DNA of 64,000 bases from Antechinus flavipes (Eukaryota), in the NCBI RefSeq assembly GCF_016432865.1, contig NC_067399.1:388306001-388370000 (forward strand), read 5' to 3'. The notes under the pieces were generated by a model. That model did no database searches, was not told the DNA's origin, and saw nothing but the letters and a program-made list of their open reading frames with translations. The stretch's first letter is position 1. Each line of letters opens with the position of its first letter. Shown here piece by piece: positions 10,599 to 22,129 of the stretch. The translations under genes were made by a program, and so were the position numbers.

Positions 10599-10728
10599 TT
10601 ATTTGTCTCCAAGTCCCTTGAAGCCCCGGCTGGAGAGCAGCCCGCCTGCCTTCTTTTGCTTCCTGTCCAGCACTTGGGCCATGTAATTCTCTTGCTGCTT
10701 CTGAATCCGGAAGTCCGATATCTGATGC
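10599..10728 (-). CDS. SPATA24: SPATA24 exon 6 coding part
   Basis: tctctcttgcag|G CAT CAG ATA...GAC AAA TAA. Confidence 0.94.
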
Positions 10729-10875
10729 CTGCAAGAGAGACACTTGGGATAGGCCTGAGGCAGTGCGGGTGAGAACCCTTCAAGAAGGTTTGGAAAGTCA
10801 GTCTCCCCCTCCCATCCCCATATTCCCCCTACACATCCAAATCCCTTATCCTGAAGGAGGATCCAAACGCTTTAC

Positions 10876-10978
10876 CTGAAGATCTGTTTCTGGTGGCTGA
10901 TGACATTCTGTAGTTCCTTAATTTCATTTTCTTTCCCATTAAGAATATCTTCTTGCTTTATAATGTGAGATTCAATTT
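10876..10978 (-). CDS. SPATA24: SPATA24 exon 5 (103 nt)
   Basis: cttcttcacttcag|AA ATT GAA TCT...TTC AG|gtaaag. Confidence 0.96.
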
Positions 10979-12297
10979 CTGAAGTGAAGAAGAGAGGTTG
11001 TCAAATACTTGAACAAAGAGCAAAAGGGGAGGTTCCTTGCCCAAAGAATGGAGAAATGAATACTTGAAATCTCAGAATTAAGAGCAATTTCTCTAGCAGT
11101 AGTAACTACCTTCACATCAAGGTCTACACACCTACATCTATGAATGAATTTTCCTAGAGGTAATTCAGCGGCAAAGAGTGGGCCCCCCTGAGTAAAAGAT
11201 ACCCCTCCCCAGAAAACCCTTTTACAATCAAAAAGCTCTATTGCACTGCTTTCAGAAGTTGTTATTGGCTTAACAAGAAATAATCATCTCAGACTTCTTT
11301 CCAGGAGATTCTGGGGAAAACTACAGACCCTCTAGGTCAGGAGACCAAGGGCCTTACCAGGGGAAGATGTACAAAGGCCAGGCACCATGACAGGCAGCAA
11401 CCAGGACCTTTATGGGCACCTGGAAAGAAGAGCAGATGATCATAGAATTTAAAGTTGGGAGGAGGTCTTAAGCAAACATCTCACTTAGAAATTCAGAAAT
11501 TAGATTTTATAGAGGAAACAAGGGAAATGATTTGCCCAAACAATAATGAGACACTTGAATTCAGGCCTTCTGACTTCAAATCATACTATTATCCTGACCG
11601 GAATAAAAAAAATTCTGCCTTTGTAGTGTTTACTAAAACTTTTTTTTCTTTTGGATCTTGAAGGCAAAATGTTGGCTAGTTGGGAGGCTTGCTCAGGAGG
11701 ATGGATTAAACAGAAATTATAAAATCTCATTGCTTGGAGGAGATAGCAAACGTTCTTTTGTCCATACTTGAAAAATATAACATTTTCTTTAACATCCCTG
11801 GACTTCCAGGGGAAGGGAACTCATACTTCTCCAGGCAGCCCATTCCACTTTTGGAAAGATCAAATTATTAAAAAAGGTTTCCCTCCCCCAAAAGGAAAGG
11901 GTTTCCCCTACTTTGAGTTTAAATATCTCTATCCCTCTTCTATCCACTGCTTCTAGTTTTGCTTTCAAAGGCCAATCATAGGTTCTTATATCATGTTGTC
12001 TCTATATGACAGCAGCAAAAGTATCTGAAGACAATGATTATTTTCCTTCCATATATGTCTTTTTTTTCCCAGGTTTAACCTCCCCAGTCTTCATACTGCA
12101 TTATCTTCAGTGTCCTCATTATCCCCAGTATCCCAGCCTCTGAAATCAATCCAACTTATCAGACTAATCAGGGCAAAATACAGGGAGATTTATCATCTGT
12201 CATTCTGGACCTCATACATGTATTCACTAGGCCTAATAATATCGCATCATCTCTTCTGGTTAAACTATCAAACTGCTGACTCATAAGCCTAGTCTTC

Positions 12298-12354
12298 TAG
12301 CCCTCACCATGGGAACATTTTCAATAGCCCTCACCATGGGAACATTTTCAATAG
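12298..12354. repeat. Perfect 27-bp tandem duplication
   Basis: tagccctcaccatgggaacattttcaa x2 followed by tag. Confidence 0.95.
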
Positions 12355-13269
12355 ACCTCTTATCTAGCTGTGATTCTTCCATCCTATTCTTGTAAAATCA
12401 ACTCTTTTAAATTCAAGTAAAAGCTTTTACATTTATTCTTACTAGATTTCAAAATCTTATATTAAAGCCCATTGTTATATGGTCTAACAAGCTCACTTCT
12501 GAATCATGATTACTGTCCCTTTACCCTAGTTTTGTGTCATCTGCAAATCTAATCAACATGTCATCTACACCTTCATGTTAAGTCACTGATATTAAAAAAG
12601 AAAAAAAGTTAAATGCCACAGTCTTCAAGACAGAGAAGATTGCTCGGATACTTCATGAGACTTCTGACATAAACCCACTAATGATGCTTTCAGAGCCGAT
12701 GTTTTCAGCCATGTAGCCTGTAGCTCTCAACCTCATTAACAAGAATTGCCTAAGATAATGATGAATAGAAATTCATTTCCCAAGTACAGGTAGAGACCCT
12801 CTTTGGCACACAGCTCCTTTCACTAATGAGTGCTGGGAGGCCCTGCTTTGGAAAGCACTGACAGAATGAGCTGAGCCTTGAACAAAGACGTGTTAAAGAG
12901 AAAGGAGGGGGAAGAGAGCATCTCAGGCATGGGAGTCTGCTTGTGTGAAAGCTGAGTTGGGAGGTCATGGTTAGGAGAATAAGGAATTCCGTGGAATTCC
13001 AGTGTTCAGGATGGGGAATAGTATTATGAAATTACAGCCAGATTATGGAGTGCCTTAAATGCCAGTTAAAGTAGTTTACATTTTATCCTCGAGTTAACAG
13101 TCACTAAAAAGTTTATGTGAACAGAGCAGCAATCCAAGATGATTCCAAAATTCATGATCGAAAATGCTATCCACGTCCAGAGAAAGAACCATGGAGGTCT
13201 GAATGCAGATCAAAACACACTATTTTCTTTCTTTCTTTTTTAAGGGAGAGGGGTGTGCTTGCATATGTG

Positions 13270-13480
13270 TATGTGGTCCCTTTTGTTTTGTTTCTTCTTT
13301 CAACAACATGACCAATGTGGAAATATGTGTAATTTTGATTGCATATGCAAAACCTATATCAGATCATTTTGGGGAGGAGGAAGGATAGAGAAAAATTTGG
13401 AACAAAAAAAACCTTATTAAAATAAATGTTGAAAACTATATATATGTAATTGAAAAAATTAAAATGCTATTTACATTTAA
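13270..13480 (+). mobile_element. Marsupial L1-type 3' terminal fragment
   Basis: aacatgaccaatgtggaaatatg...acctatatcaga...G-rich tract...aaatttggaac...aaatgttgaaaac; the same module recurs many times in the window. Confidence 0.65.
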
Positions 13481-13499
13481 AAGTTTATGAAAAGAAGCT

Positions 13500-14023
13500 T
13501 TAGGAAAATTATTTTGACAGCTGATGTTAAAAAAATCAAAAGATTAGAAAGCAGGGGGATCAATTTGGAGATTATTTTAGTAGTCTTGGCAAAAGTTGGT
13601 CCAGGATCTAGGTAGCTAAATTAGTGGAGAGAAGGGAATAAATGTAAGAGGTGAGTGTTCTGGAGAATTGATAGGATTCAACAACTGAGTAAATCTAGGG
13701 AGCTTGTGAGGGTTAAGAAAGAAGCAAGACTGACTCTGAGATCAAGAACCTGGAGGATGAACCTGGGAGGATAATGGTGACTTTGAAAGAAATAGACAAG
13801 TTTGGAGGAAGAATTTTTCAGGAAAAAAAAGTATAAATAATTAACATTCATATTATGCTTTATGGTGTGCCAAGTGCTTATAAACATGATCTGATGATTT
13901 GGATTTTACAAAGCAATCCTGTGAGGCAGGGGCTATTATTGCTCTTACTTTATAGACAAGGAAACTGAGGGAGATAAACAACTCACATAGCTAGTAATGG
14001 AGTTAAGTTTTGAACCCAGGTCT
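13500..14023 (-). mobile_element. L2 relic (13500-13820) followed by MIR (13842-14023)
   Basis: Purine-rich antisense L2 pattern; MIR core gaaactgagg...ttgaacccaggtct. Confidence 0.55.
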
Positions 14024-14797
14024 ATCTCACATTTTGTCTCTTACAGAGTTGAGGGAATTCTGAAGTCACCTATTCTGATCCATATTTGAGCCCTGGTACA
14101 ACATCTACAGCAGGGGTTTCCAGCTATGGAATGCAAGCCTCCCATCTTCATGGAATACAAGAAAGTTTGTCAAGGATGGGGGAATGGGGAATCTTTATTA
14201 AATAACTATATTATTCAACTGGAATATGCCAGAAACTCCAAACTGAAGTTCATCCTAATCAATGAATTGATAAAATTTTTTGGTGTACCCACTGGGAAAA
14301 AAAATTAACATCTATTAGACTTTGACATTATGTGCATATGCATGGTCAAATCAAATTTATTTCCTTTCATATCAAATATAGGGTGGCATGGAAAAACATA
14401 GGACCAAGAAAGTTTGAGAAGCAGTGAGTACAGTACATCCCCAACAAATGGGCGGTCAGTATTCACTTGATATTATGTGTTTAAGAGAAACCCACCACTG
14501 CTTAAATCATCCCATTCGACTTTTGAATAGCTCTAATTGTTAGCAATCTTACATGATGAAATATGCTTCTCTGCACATTATACTAATAGTGCTTAATTCT
14601 GCCTCTGGGCCCAAAAGAATTTCTTTTCTTCATGATTTCAAGATAGCTGCATATCATCCCTCCCTCTCCTGACTCTTAAGGCTAACGATGCTTAGTCCTT
14701 TCAATTAATGTTCCTATGTACTAGTCACAGGAAGACAGCCTGCTGGAGGAGATACAGTGCTGGATGCATAGCGAGGAAGACATAAGCTGCAAGCCTG

Positions 14798-15000
14798 GCC
14801 AGCTGGGTGGCTCAGTGGATAAAAATCCTTGATAGGGTCTGGAGTCAAAAACCTGAGTTCAAATCCTGCCTCAGACATTTATTGAGTGACCCTGTTTGCT
14901 TTACTCCAAAACTGGAGAAGGAAATGGCAAACCACAATCCAGTATCCTTGCCAAAAAAAACCCATGCACTGTATTACTCCATGGGCTCATGAATCAGACT
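14798..15000 (+). mobile_element. MAR1-type SINE
   Basis: tRNA-like head cagctgggtggctcagtggat...cctgagttcaaatcc and RTE-like tail ctggagaaggaaatggcaaaccac. Confidence 0.7.
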
Positions 15001-15844
15001 GCACAATGGTGGTTCCAATTCCATTTTAGTAGCTGTGTGCTCCAATTTTCTCATTTGTAAAATAAGAGCTAATAGTAGCTCTTACTTTACAGGGTTGTTC
15101 CTAGATATGAGATAATAAAAAAGTGCTTCATTAAAGCATCAGATAAATATCAGCCATTGCTTTATGTTTGTCAAATCCCTGTATGATCCTGGTTTCTCTG
15201 TCACCTGGACGCACGCTGTCTAGGACAATGACCTTCCTCATGGCAGAACATCATCTGCAAACGGGTGCCTCAAACCCTTTCCCTATTCTCAAAGGGCTCC
15301 CTCCCTTTTTGTGTGGACCTCACCTTGTATAGGGAGTCTCTCTTTGATCTGAACTCTTACGTGAGATGTTCTTCACAGTGATGGCCAACAAGTCTCAGCT
15401 TTATGCTTCACTTGCTATTGATACTCAGGAGACTAGTAAATAAAGTTATTACTCTTGCCCCAATATTGTTCAAGGAATCTTGCATGATTTTTGACTTGAG
15501 CATGGGAGACACCTCCCTTATTAGTAGAGAATCTATAAAAGTGGCATTTTGCTTTAATGAATCAAATACTTATTTATACTCCAACAGAATAAGCACAGTG
15601 GGGCCTTATGTTCCATTCCCTGGATATTCCAGCTAATTAATTATGTGATGCTAAAGACATAAGCTGCTGTAATATGTCATTTTTTTCTCACATCTTCTTT
15701 AAGAATGCCCTCTATGCATGTGTAGATTATTTTCATCAAGACTTGGTAGAATTAACAAAGAAAGCTCCATGGTTGAATACTTATTGTTATCAGTACTCTG
15801 GGTACTATTCTTTCTTTTAGTGTAGCCTAAGATCAAGTTAGCAT

Positions 15845-16233
15845 TTAAAAATAATATTTTATTTTCTCAAGTTACATGTAAAAATAATTTTTGATATTCA
15901 TTGTTATTTTTTTTTAAGTTTTGAGTTCCAAATTCTATCCTACCCCTCCCTGAGATGGTAAGCATTCTGATAAAGATTATACATGTGTAAGCATGTAAAA
16001 CATTTCCACATTAATCTCTTTGTAAAAGAAAACTCAAACTAAAAAAAAAGGAGAAAGAAAGTAAAAAATTGTATGCTTCCATCTGTATTCAGATTTCATC
16101 AGTTCTTTCTCTGGAGGTGAAGAGCATTTTTCATCAGGAGTCCTTTGGGATTATCTTGGATCACTGTATTACTGAAAATAGCTAAGTCATTCACAGTTGT
16201 TCATCATACAGTATTGCTGTTACTGCGTACAAT
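15845..16233 (-). mobile_element. L1-type 3' fragment, antisense
   Basis: Reverse of the recurrent L1 3' module (ttttgagttccaaattct...catgtaaaacatttccacatt...tattgctgttactgcgtacaat). Confidence 0.7.
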
Positions 16234-16433
16234 CCTATTAGCTTTTTTCTAATACCTTAATTTTCCAGTCTAAATACCAGTTAAAAATGTTATATTTCTC
16301 TAGCTACTTGTCAGTTCTGGTCTCTAGTTTTTCTTCAGTTCCTTTATTCACTATCCATGGGCCAACTAGGATTGGATTTATCCTCCTCTTTAGGAAAAAT
16401 GGTTGGGCCTTTCCCCTTTCTTGGCTCTCTTAC

Positions 16434-16504
16434 CATTGCACTTGGTGATAAGCTTGTCCTTCTTGGTGGACTCTGTCAGAACTTTGTTCTTGACACTGGA
16501 CAGC
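16434..16504 (-). CDS. SPATA24: SPATA24 exon 4 (71 nt)
   Basis: ttccaatttag|G CTG TCC AGT...TGC AAT G|gtaaga. Confidence 0.95.
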
Positions 16505-16602
16505 CTAAATTGGAAAAGACCAGATGTCTAAGTGAGTGGGGGAGGCAGCTCATCTCTTGAGTATGCCCCTCTATCCTCCTCTTTTCCCCAGAGCTCACTT
16601 AC

Positions 16603-16733
16603 GCCTTTTCAAAAGCCTGCTTCTCTCTCTCCAGTTGCTTGGACAGCACCTCCACCTCTCCAAGAGCAAACTGCAGTTTCTCTGTCTCTTTAGCCAACAG
16701 GCCCTTGGTCTGGGCATGGGCTGCCTTTTCCTC
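16603..16733 (-). CDS. SPATA24: SPATA24 exon 3 (131 nt)
   Basis: gtgattacag|GAG GAA AAG...AAG GC|gtaagt. Confidence 0.96.
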
Positions 16734-16995
16734 CTGTAATCACAGTGTGATTAGCATGCCCTGTTCCCCGACCCTACACGTTCCAGATGATGCTAACTCT
16801 GGGATTGCCTGGAGCCTTGGAGAGATTGGAGCATCTCCTGTCTGGGGGAAGGCGCTTGTTGCTCTGCCCCCATGGTCTATGGGCCAAAAGATCTCAAAGA
16901 TCCCAGTCCTTTTTTCTTCCCACTTTTCCCCCTTTCTATCATTGCCTTGCCCCACCCCCCAGGATGGGAAAAAGCAGAGGGAAGGACCCTTTTAC

Positions 16996-17061
16996 CTCTA
17001 ACTTTTTTACCACAGCTTCGTATTCTTCTTTACTCACAAATTTCTCTTCTTGGATGGCCAT
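16996..17061 (-). CDS. SPATA24: SPATA24 exon 2 (66 nt)
   Basis: gcattacag|ATG GCC ATC CAA...TTA GAG|gtaaaa; MAIQEEKFVSKEEYEAVVKKLE. Confidence 0.95.
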
Positions 17062-17314
17062 CTGTAATGCAACCACAGGGTTGGGAGATAAGTAAAGCCT
17101 GGGGACCCAAAAGGCTTTGGAAGCCAAGAAGTATGGGGAGAGGAGAAAAGGGAAAATGGGTGAGAACAGCTAGTGAATGATTTGGGAATATTAACAGTAA
17201 TCCTCTATATAGAGAATACATAACAATTTATCTCCCATCTTTTTTAGAACATAGCTTGGAGTGGTTGAAAGACTTGACATTGCAATGATAGAACATTATA
17301 AAAGTTGGAGATCA

Positions 17315-17725
17315 TGGTTTTTAATTTGTAAAAGTATATATGTTTATTTTGTTCTTATATGTTGAGTATTTATATGTATATATGGTTGTGTTTTTAATTT
17401 GTAGAAGCATATGTATTTATTAGGTTATATATTAAATATATAGTTGTATATATGGTTGTATGGGTTTTTAAGTTTGTAAAAGTATATATATTTAGTATGT
17501 TTCTAATGTAGTAAGCATATAGATACATATGGTTGTATGTGTTTTTAGTATATTATATATATTTAGTATGTTTTTATGTATTAAGTATATATATAGTATT
17601 TTTCAGTTTGTAAAAAATATATATATTTAGTGTGTTCTTATGTATTAAGTATATATGTGTATATATGGTTGTGTGTATATGTATACATATATGTATAATT
17701 CATGTATGTACATATATAATATATT
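17315..17725. repeat. Degenerate ~70-75-bp AT-rich minisatellite, about 5 units
   Basis: TATGGTTGT at 17381, 17451, 17528, 17664; TTTGTA at 17325, 17398, 17473, 17607. Confidence 0.7.
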
Positions 17726-18861
17726 TCTGCTCTGATACGATGCATCTAACTCCATGAAGGTAGAGTCTATTTCATTTCCCTCTGCTGTATCCTAGTACCC
17801 ACTAAGCACTTAAAATCGCTTATTAATTGAAATGAAAAGTTTTTCCATCTGTTTGCATAGCAAGGATTATGTAGGGAAAAGAACACTAGACAGGGCTCTA
17901 AGGCCAACTCTGCTACTTATTACCTGAGGGATTGGGCAGGCCACTGCACTTTTGCTGAGCCCTCAATTTCCTCATCTGTAAAGGTGGACTAAATAATTTC
18001 CAAGGTCACTCTTATTTCTTAAATTCTCTCATCTGAGCTTTATAATGCAACTGACACTATAGGCATGGCATGACTATTATCCCACTTTACAGATTCAATA
18101 ACTGAGACCAAGAGGTGAAATGTGACTTGTCAAGGAGGTTGGGTCTTGAACTCAGATCCTTTGACAATTAATGTTCGGGTTCTTTACATTATGGTGCTAA
18201 GATTCTCTTAATAGATTAGAAGAAATAGAGGGAGCATGGGAATAAATGGAAGATCTCTGGAAAGACTAATTTGGGGATGAGAGATTTGGGAATGAGATAG
18301 GAGTAATAAGCATTATTCTGCTTCTTGGTTTATAATGCTCGTGTAATGATGAGAATAAGAGCAAGAAGGTCACCAGGAAGATATTTTTTAGTTTATTTGC
18401 CAATATCTGCTGCAGAGAATGAAGAAATAAATTACATGAAGAACATGAGGAGATTCTTCAAAGTCAGAAAATACTCTGACTTCAATGAAGTTCAAGAATA
18501 AGAAATGAAAAGAGATCAAAGGCTTATTCACTACTTAAAAGTTCATGCCTATTTATATCAAGAATACTTTCTTTTGGGGATGGGAGAAGGGGGGAAGGTC
18601 TCAAAATCCTAGACAGGATGAGTGCCAAACAATATCACAAAAAATGAAATTCAATTTTTATTGACAGATAGGATATGACTGGTGGTCAGTATGGAATCAC
18701 CACAAGTGGACTCAACATCATATCACCTGATGAGATATATAAGGAATTTTAAGAAATGGAGTGGTCTTTAAAATTAGCTGGACCCCACCAAATCTAAGAA
18801 GAAATCCTTAATGGAGATGAGACAATTTTAAAGGTACTCAGGGATCAATTTTCAAAATATC

Positions 18862-18998
18862 TTTTTTTTTTTTTTTTTTTTGCTGAGGCAATTGGAGTTA
18901 AGTGACTTCCCTAGGGTCACACAGCCAGGAAATTTGATTTGAACTCAGTCCTCCTGACTTCAGGGTTGGTGCTCTATCCACTGCACCACCTAGCTGCC
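18862..18998 (-). mobile_element. WSINE1-type SINE
   Basis: T-tail then reverse SINE body ending ccacctagctgcc; 12-bp TSD tcaaaat(a/g)tctt. Confidence 0.88.
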
Positions 18999-19106
18999 TC
19001 AAAATGTCTTGAAAAAGAGGAGAAAGTCATATACTTAATACTAAAAAAAAAAAAAAAAAAAAAAAAAGGATGGAAAAGACATCATTACTAACTCATATCT
19101 ATATTT

Positions 19107-19351
19107 GGGGCAGCTGGGTGGCACAGTAGATAAGAATGTCAGACTTGGAGTCTCCTCTTCCTGAGTTTAAATCTGGCCTCAGACACTTATTAACTGCATG
19201 ACCCTGGGCAAATCACTTAACTCTTTTGCCTTAGTTTCCTCATTTGTCAAATGAGCTGGAGAAGGAAATGGCAAACTATTCCAGTATCTCATCCAAGAAA
19301 ACCTCCAAATGGGGTCACAGAGTGTCAGTTATGTCTAAAAATAACTGAACA
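19107..19351 (+). mobile_element. MAR1-type SINE
   Basis: Head ggggcagctgggtggcacagt, tail ctggagaaggaaatggcaaac...aaatggggtcacagag; 11-bp TSD atatct(a/g)tatt. Confidence 0.8.
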
Positions 19352-19626
19352 ATATCTGTATTCTAATTTTTATAAATTTATGAGGATGCTTCCCTATATA
19401 TCCAGGATAGCCTTGAAGTAAATATAAGGCAATTGGTAGGTTTTTTTATAGATATTTTCCTATAACAGACCACTTCTCTTCATAGTCATGTAAATAAAAG
19501 TTACAGATCTAAAAAAATACAAGATACCTCTATATCCATTGTTAGTCAACTACTAAAAGCATTTGACTTGGTAGAACAAATGAAGCATTAAGAGTTATTT
19601 TCCAGCAATGTGTCTCTCATGCATAT

Positions 19627-19793
19627 TTTAAAATATTTTTTCAATTTTTAAAAATTTTATTATAGCTTTTTATTTTTCAAAATACATGCAGAGATAGTTT
19701 TCAACATTCACCCTTGCAAAACCTTGTGTTCCAAATATTTCTACCTTTTTCCTCCCTCCTCTAGAGAGCAAGTAATACAATATAGGTTAAACA
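19627..19793 (-). mobile_element. L1-type 3' fragment with 12-bp TSD
   Basis: TSD tctcatgcatat at 19615-19626 and 19794-19805. Confidence 0.8.
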
Positions 19794-19833
19794 TCTCATG
19801 CATATGTTAAGATTGTAGAAGATTCCTCAGTAG

Positions 19834-20604
19834 ATTCAGGCCACTTCCAATGGTCCTGGGAGGGAGAGAGTGAACTGCACCCAGAAAGGGGACTGAGTGT
19901 GGATCACAACATAATATTTTCATGTTTGGGTTTTTTTGGGGGTAATTTGCTTACTTTTTATTTTCCTTTTCATTTTTTCCCTTTTTGATTTTTTTTTTTT
20001 TTGTGCAGCAAGAAAATTATGGAAATATGTATAGAAGTGGTGCACATTTAACACATATTGGATTACTTGCCATCTGGGGGAGGAAGTGGGAGGAAGAGGA
20101 GGAGAAAAAATTTGGAACACAAGATTTTGCAAAGGTGAATGTTGAAATCTATGCATAAAAATAACTGTTTGGACATGTACACTTATATTGTATTTAACTT
20201 ATACTTTAACACAGTGGTTCTCAAACCTTTGTTCTCATTATCTTCATGTTGTTAAAAAACTATTGAGGATCTGTTCAAAGAATTTTTGTTCACATGGGTT
20301 ATGTTTATAGTTATTTACTATATTAGAAATAAAAAATAATTTTGAATTTGTAGACCCTCTGAAAGGGTTTCAGAGACCCCAACAATTCTTTGGACTACAT
20401 TTTGAGGACCACTGCTTTAACATATGTAACATGTATTGGTCAACCTGCCATCTGGGGGAGAGAATGGGGGGGAAGGAGGGGAAAAATTGGAACAAAAGGT
20501 TTGGCAATTGTCAATGCTGTAAAATTACCCATGCATATAACTTGTAAATAAAAAGCTATAATTAAAAAAATCTATGCACATATTTTGAAAATAAAAAGCT
20601 TAAA
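19834..20604 (+). mobile_element. L1-type 3' fragment with 15-bp TSD, hosting a second L1 fragment (20156-20567, 11-bp TSD)
   Basis: Outer TSD aagattcctcagtag (19819-19833, 20605-20619); inner TSD aaatctatgca (20145-20155, 20568-20578). Confidence 0.85.
20212..20414. mobile_element. hAT/Charlie-type MITE, 203 bp
   Basis: 14-bp TIRs CAGTGGTTCTCAAA / TTTGAGGACCACTG (1 mismatch); perfect 8-bp TSD ctttaaca. Confidence 0.9.
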
Positions 20605-22129
20605 AAGATTCCTCAGTAGCTAGATGGTACTTACTTTTCATCTAATGATTCTGATTGTATCAAAGGAGGCACAAAACAGGAAACCATGCATGCTATGTCA
20701 ATGAGAATGAGATCCCAACCAAAATCATAATCAAAGGGGGATTCCCTATGGGTGGGGAGAGTCTTCAGAAAGTCCTGCAAATGGATTTGTGATCTTAAGT
20801 ACCATCCTAAGTGAGATCTAATGCCATGCAGTTAAAAAAAAAAAAATTGGCTTAGCAATTTACACAGAAAAGATCAAGGAGATTCCCTGGCTAGATAAGT
20901 ATTGACAGAAATGACAAAAGGACAGTTTCAGAGAAACCTGGGTAGATTTGTATAAACCAATGCTTCATGAAGGGAATAAAACTCAGAATACCACATTGAG
21001 CAAACAATTTGAAAAGATTTAATAACTCTTTTCAATGCAATGACCAATTACAGCTCCAGATAACTGATGATAAAAGTATGCTTCTAATCAGATGATAGAT
21101 TCAGACTGCACAAAGACAAATATGGTTTTGGACATGGCCAATGTGAGAATTTATTTTTCTTAATTGTGCATATTTGTCATAAGAGTTTTGCTGTTCTTTT
21201 TTCCCCTTGTGGATGTATGTATAAAAGGGAGATAAAATTAATACTTGTTAACTGAAAAATAAAATGTTACTTTCTTTTTAAAAAAAGAAAATGGGTATTG
21301 GCCAGATTACAATGGATGAGCAAGTTAGTAGAAAAGGAGAGGTGTAAAATGGAATACATTGATAAATTAAGTAGTACTTTCAATGATCTCCAGTAGTGCC
21401 TTTCTTTTCAATACCAGTATTTTTCCATTTATATATGCAACTCCTGAAGGCAAATTTCCAATGCTGAGCAAGAGTCGATTTGCATTGGTGAAGGAAATTT
21501 TCTCATGGGGAGAGCTCCCTATACTAATGAGCTAGCAGAGGTCCCATCTTATTATCCCATCTTATTCTTATAGGGCTTCAAATCATGAAACACCAATGGG
21601 TCTCAAAAATCAAATCATAAGTGACCTAAAGGGTAGTGGTGAATGTAAATAGCATCATAGTACTGTAGACTTGGAAGGGACCATTAAAGCTCATTTAGTC
21701 TAAAACACCATATTTTTAAAAAGCATGTATGCTATATCTATGTAGGAATTTTCAAGCTTCTATTTGAAAAAATTTCTAGAGATGAATTTACTACAATCCC
21801 AAGGCAACCCATTTTACTTTTGAGCAGTTCTTAGAATCTAAAAAGTTTTTCTTATATTAAAAATAGTTTCCAAGGTGAACAAAACATTCTCCTCCTATGT
21901 GATAGCTTTTCAAATACTTAGGCTCACTGCATGTTGCTAAAGATGATTTTCAAGGGAATTAGTGGGATAAATGTCAGCATTGCATGGTAAATAAGCTGAT
22001 TTTGAATCCAGGAAAACTCCTGGACTTCAAAAGTCATGCTTCTGACACATACAGGCCACTGTGTGGCCTGAGCAAATTAATTTTCCAGTGTTTTGGAGAT
22101 TGAAGGCATCTATAGGCATATATTCCTAA

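Larger units (their letters stand above)
18380..20850 (+). mobile_element. Fragmented RTE-clade LINE (RT region) interrupted by younger elements
   Basis: Degenerate RT motifs: AGP (~18775), LVNY-KAFDLVEQ (19542-19579), SHAYVKIVEDS split by L1 insertions, IKGGTKQ (~20660). Ends approximate. Confidence 0.65.
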
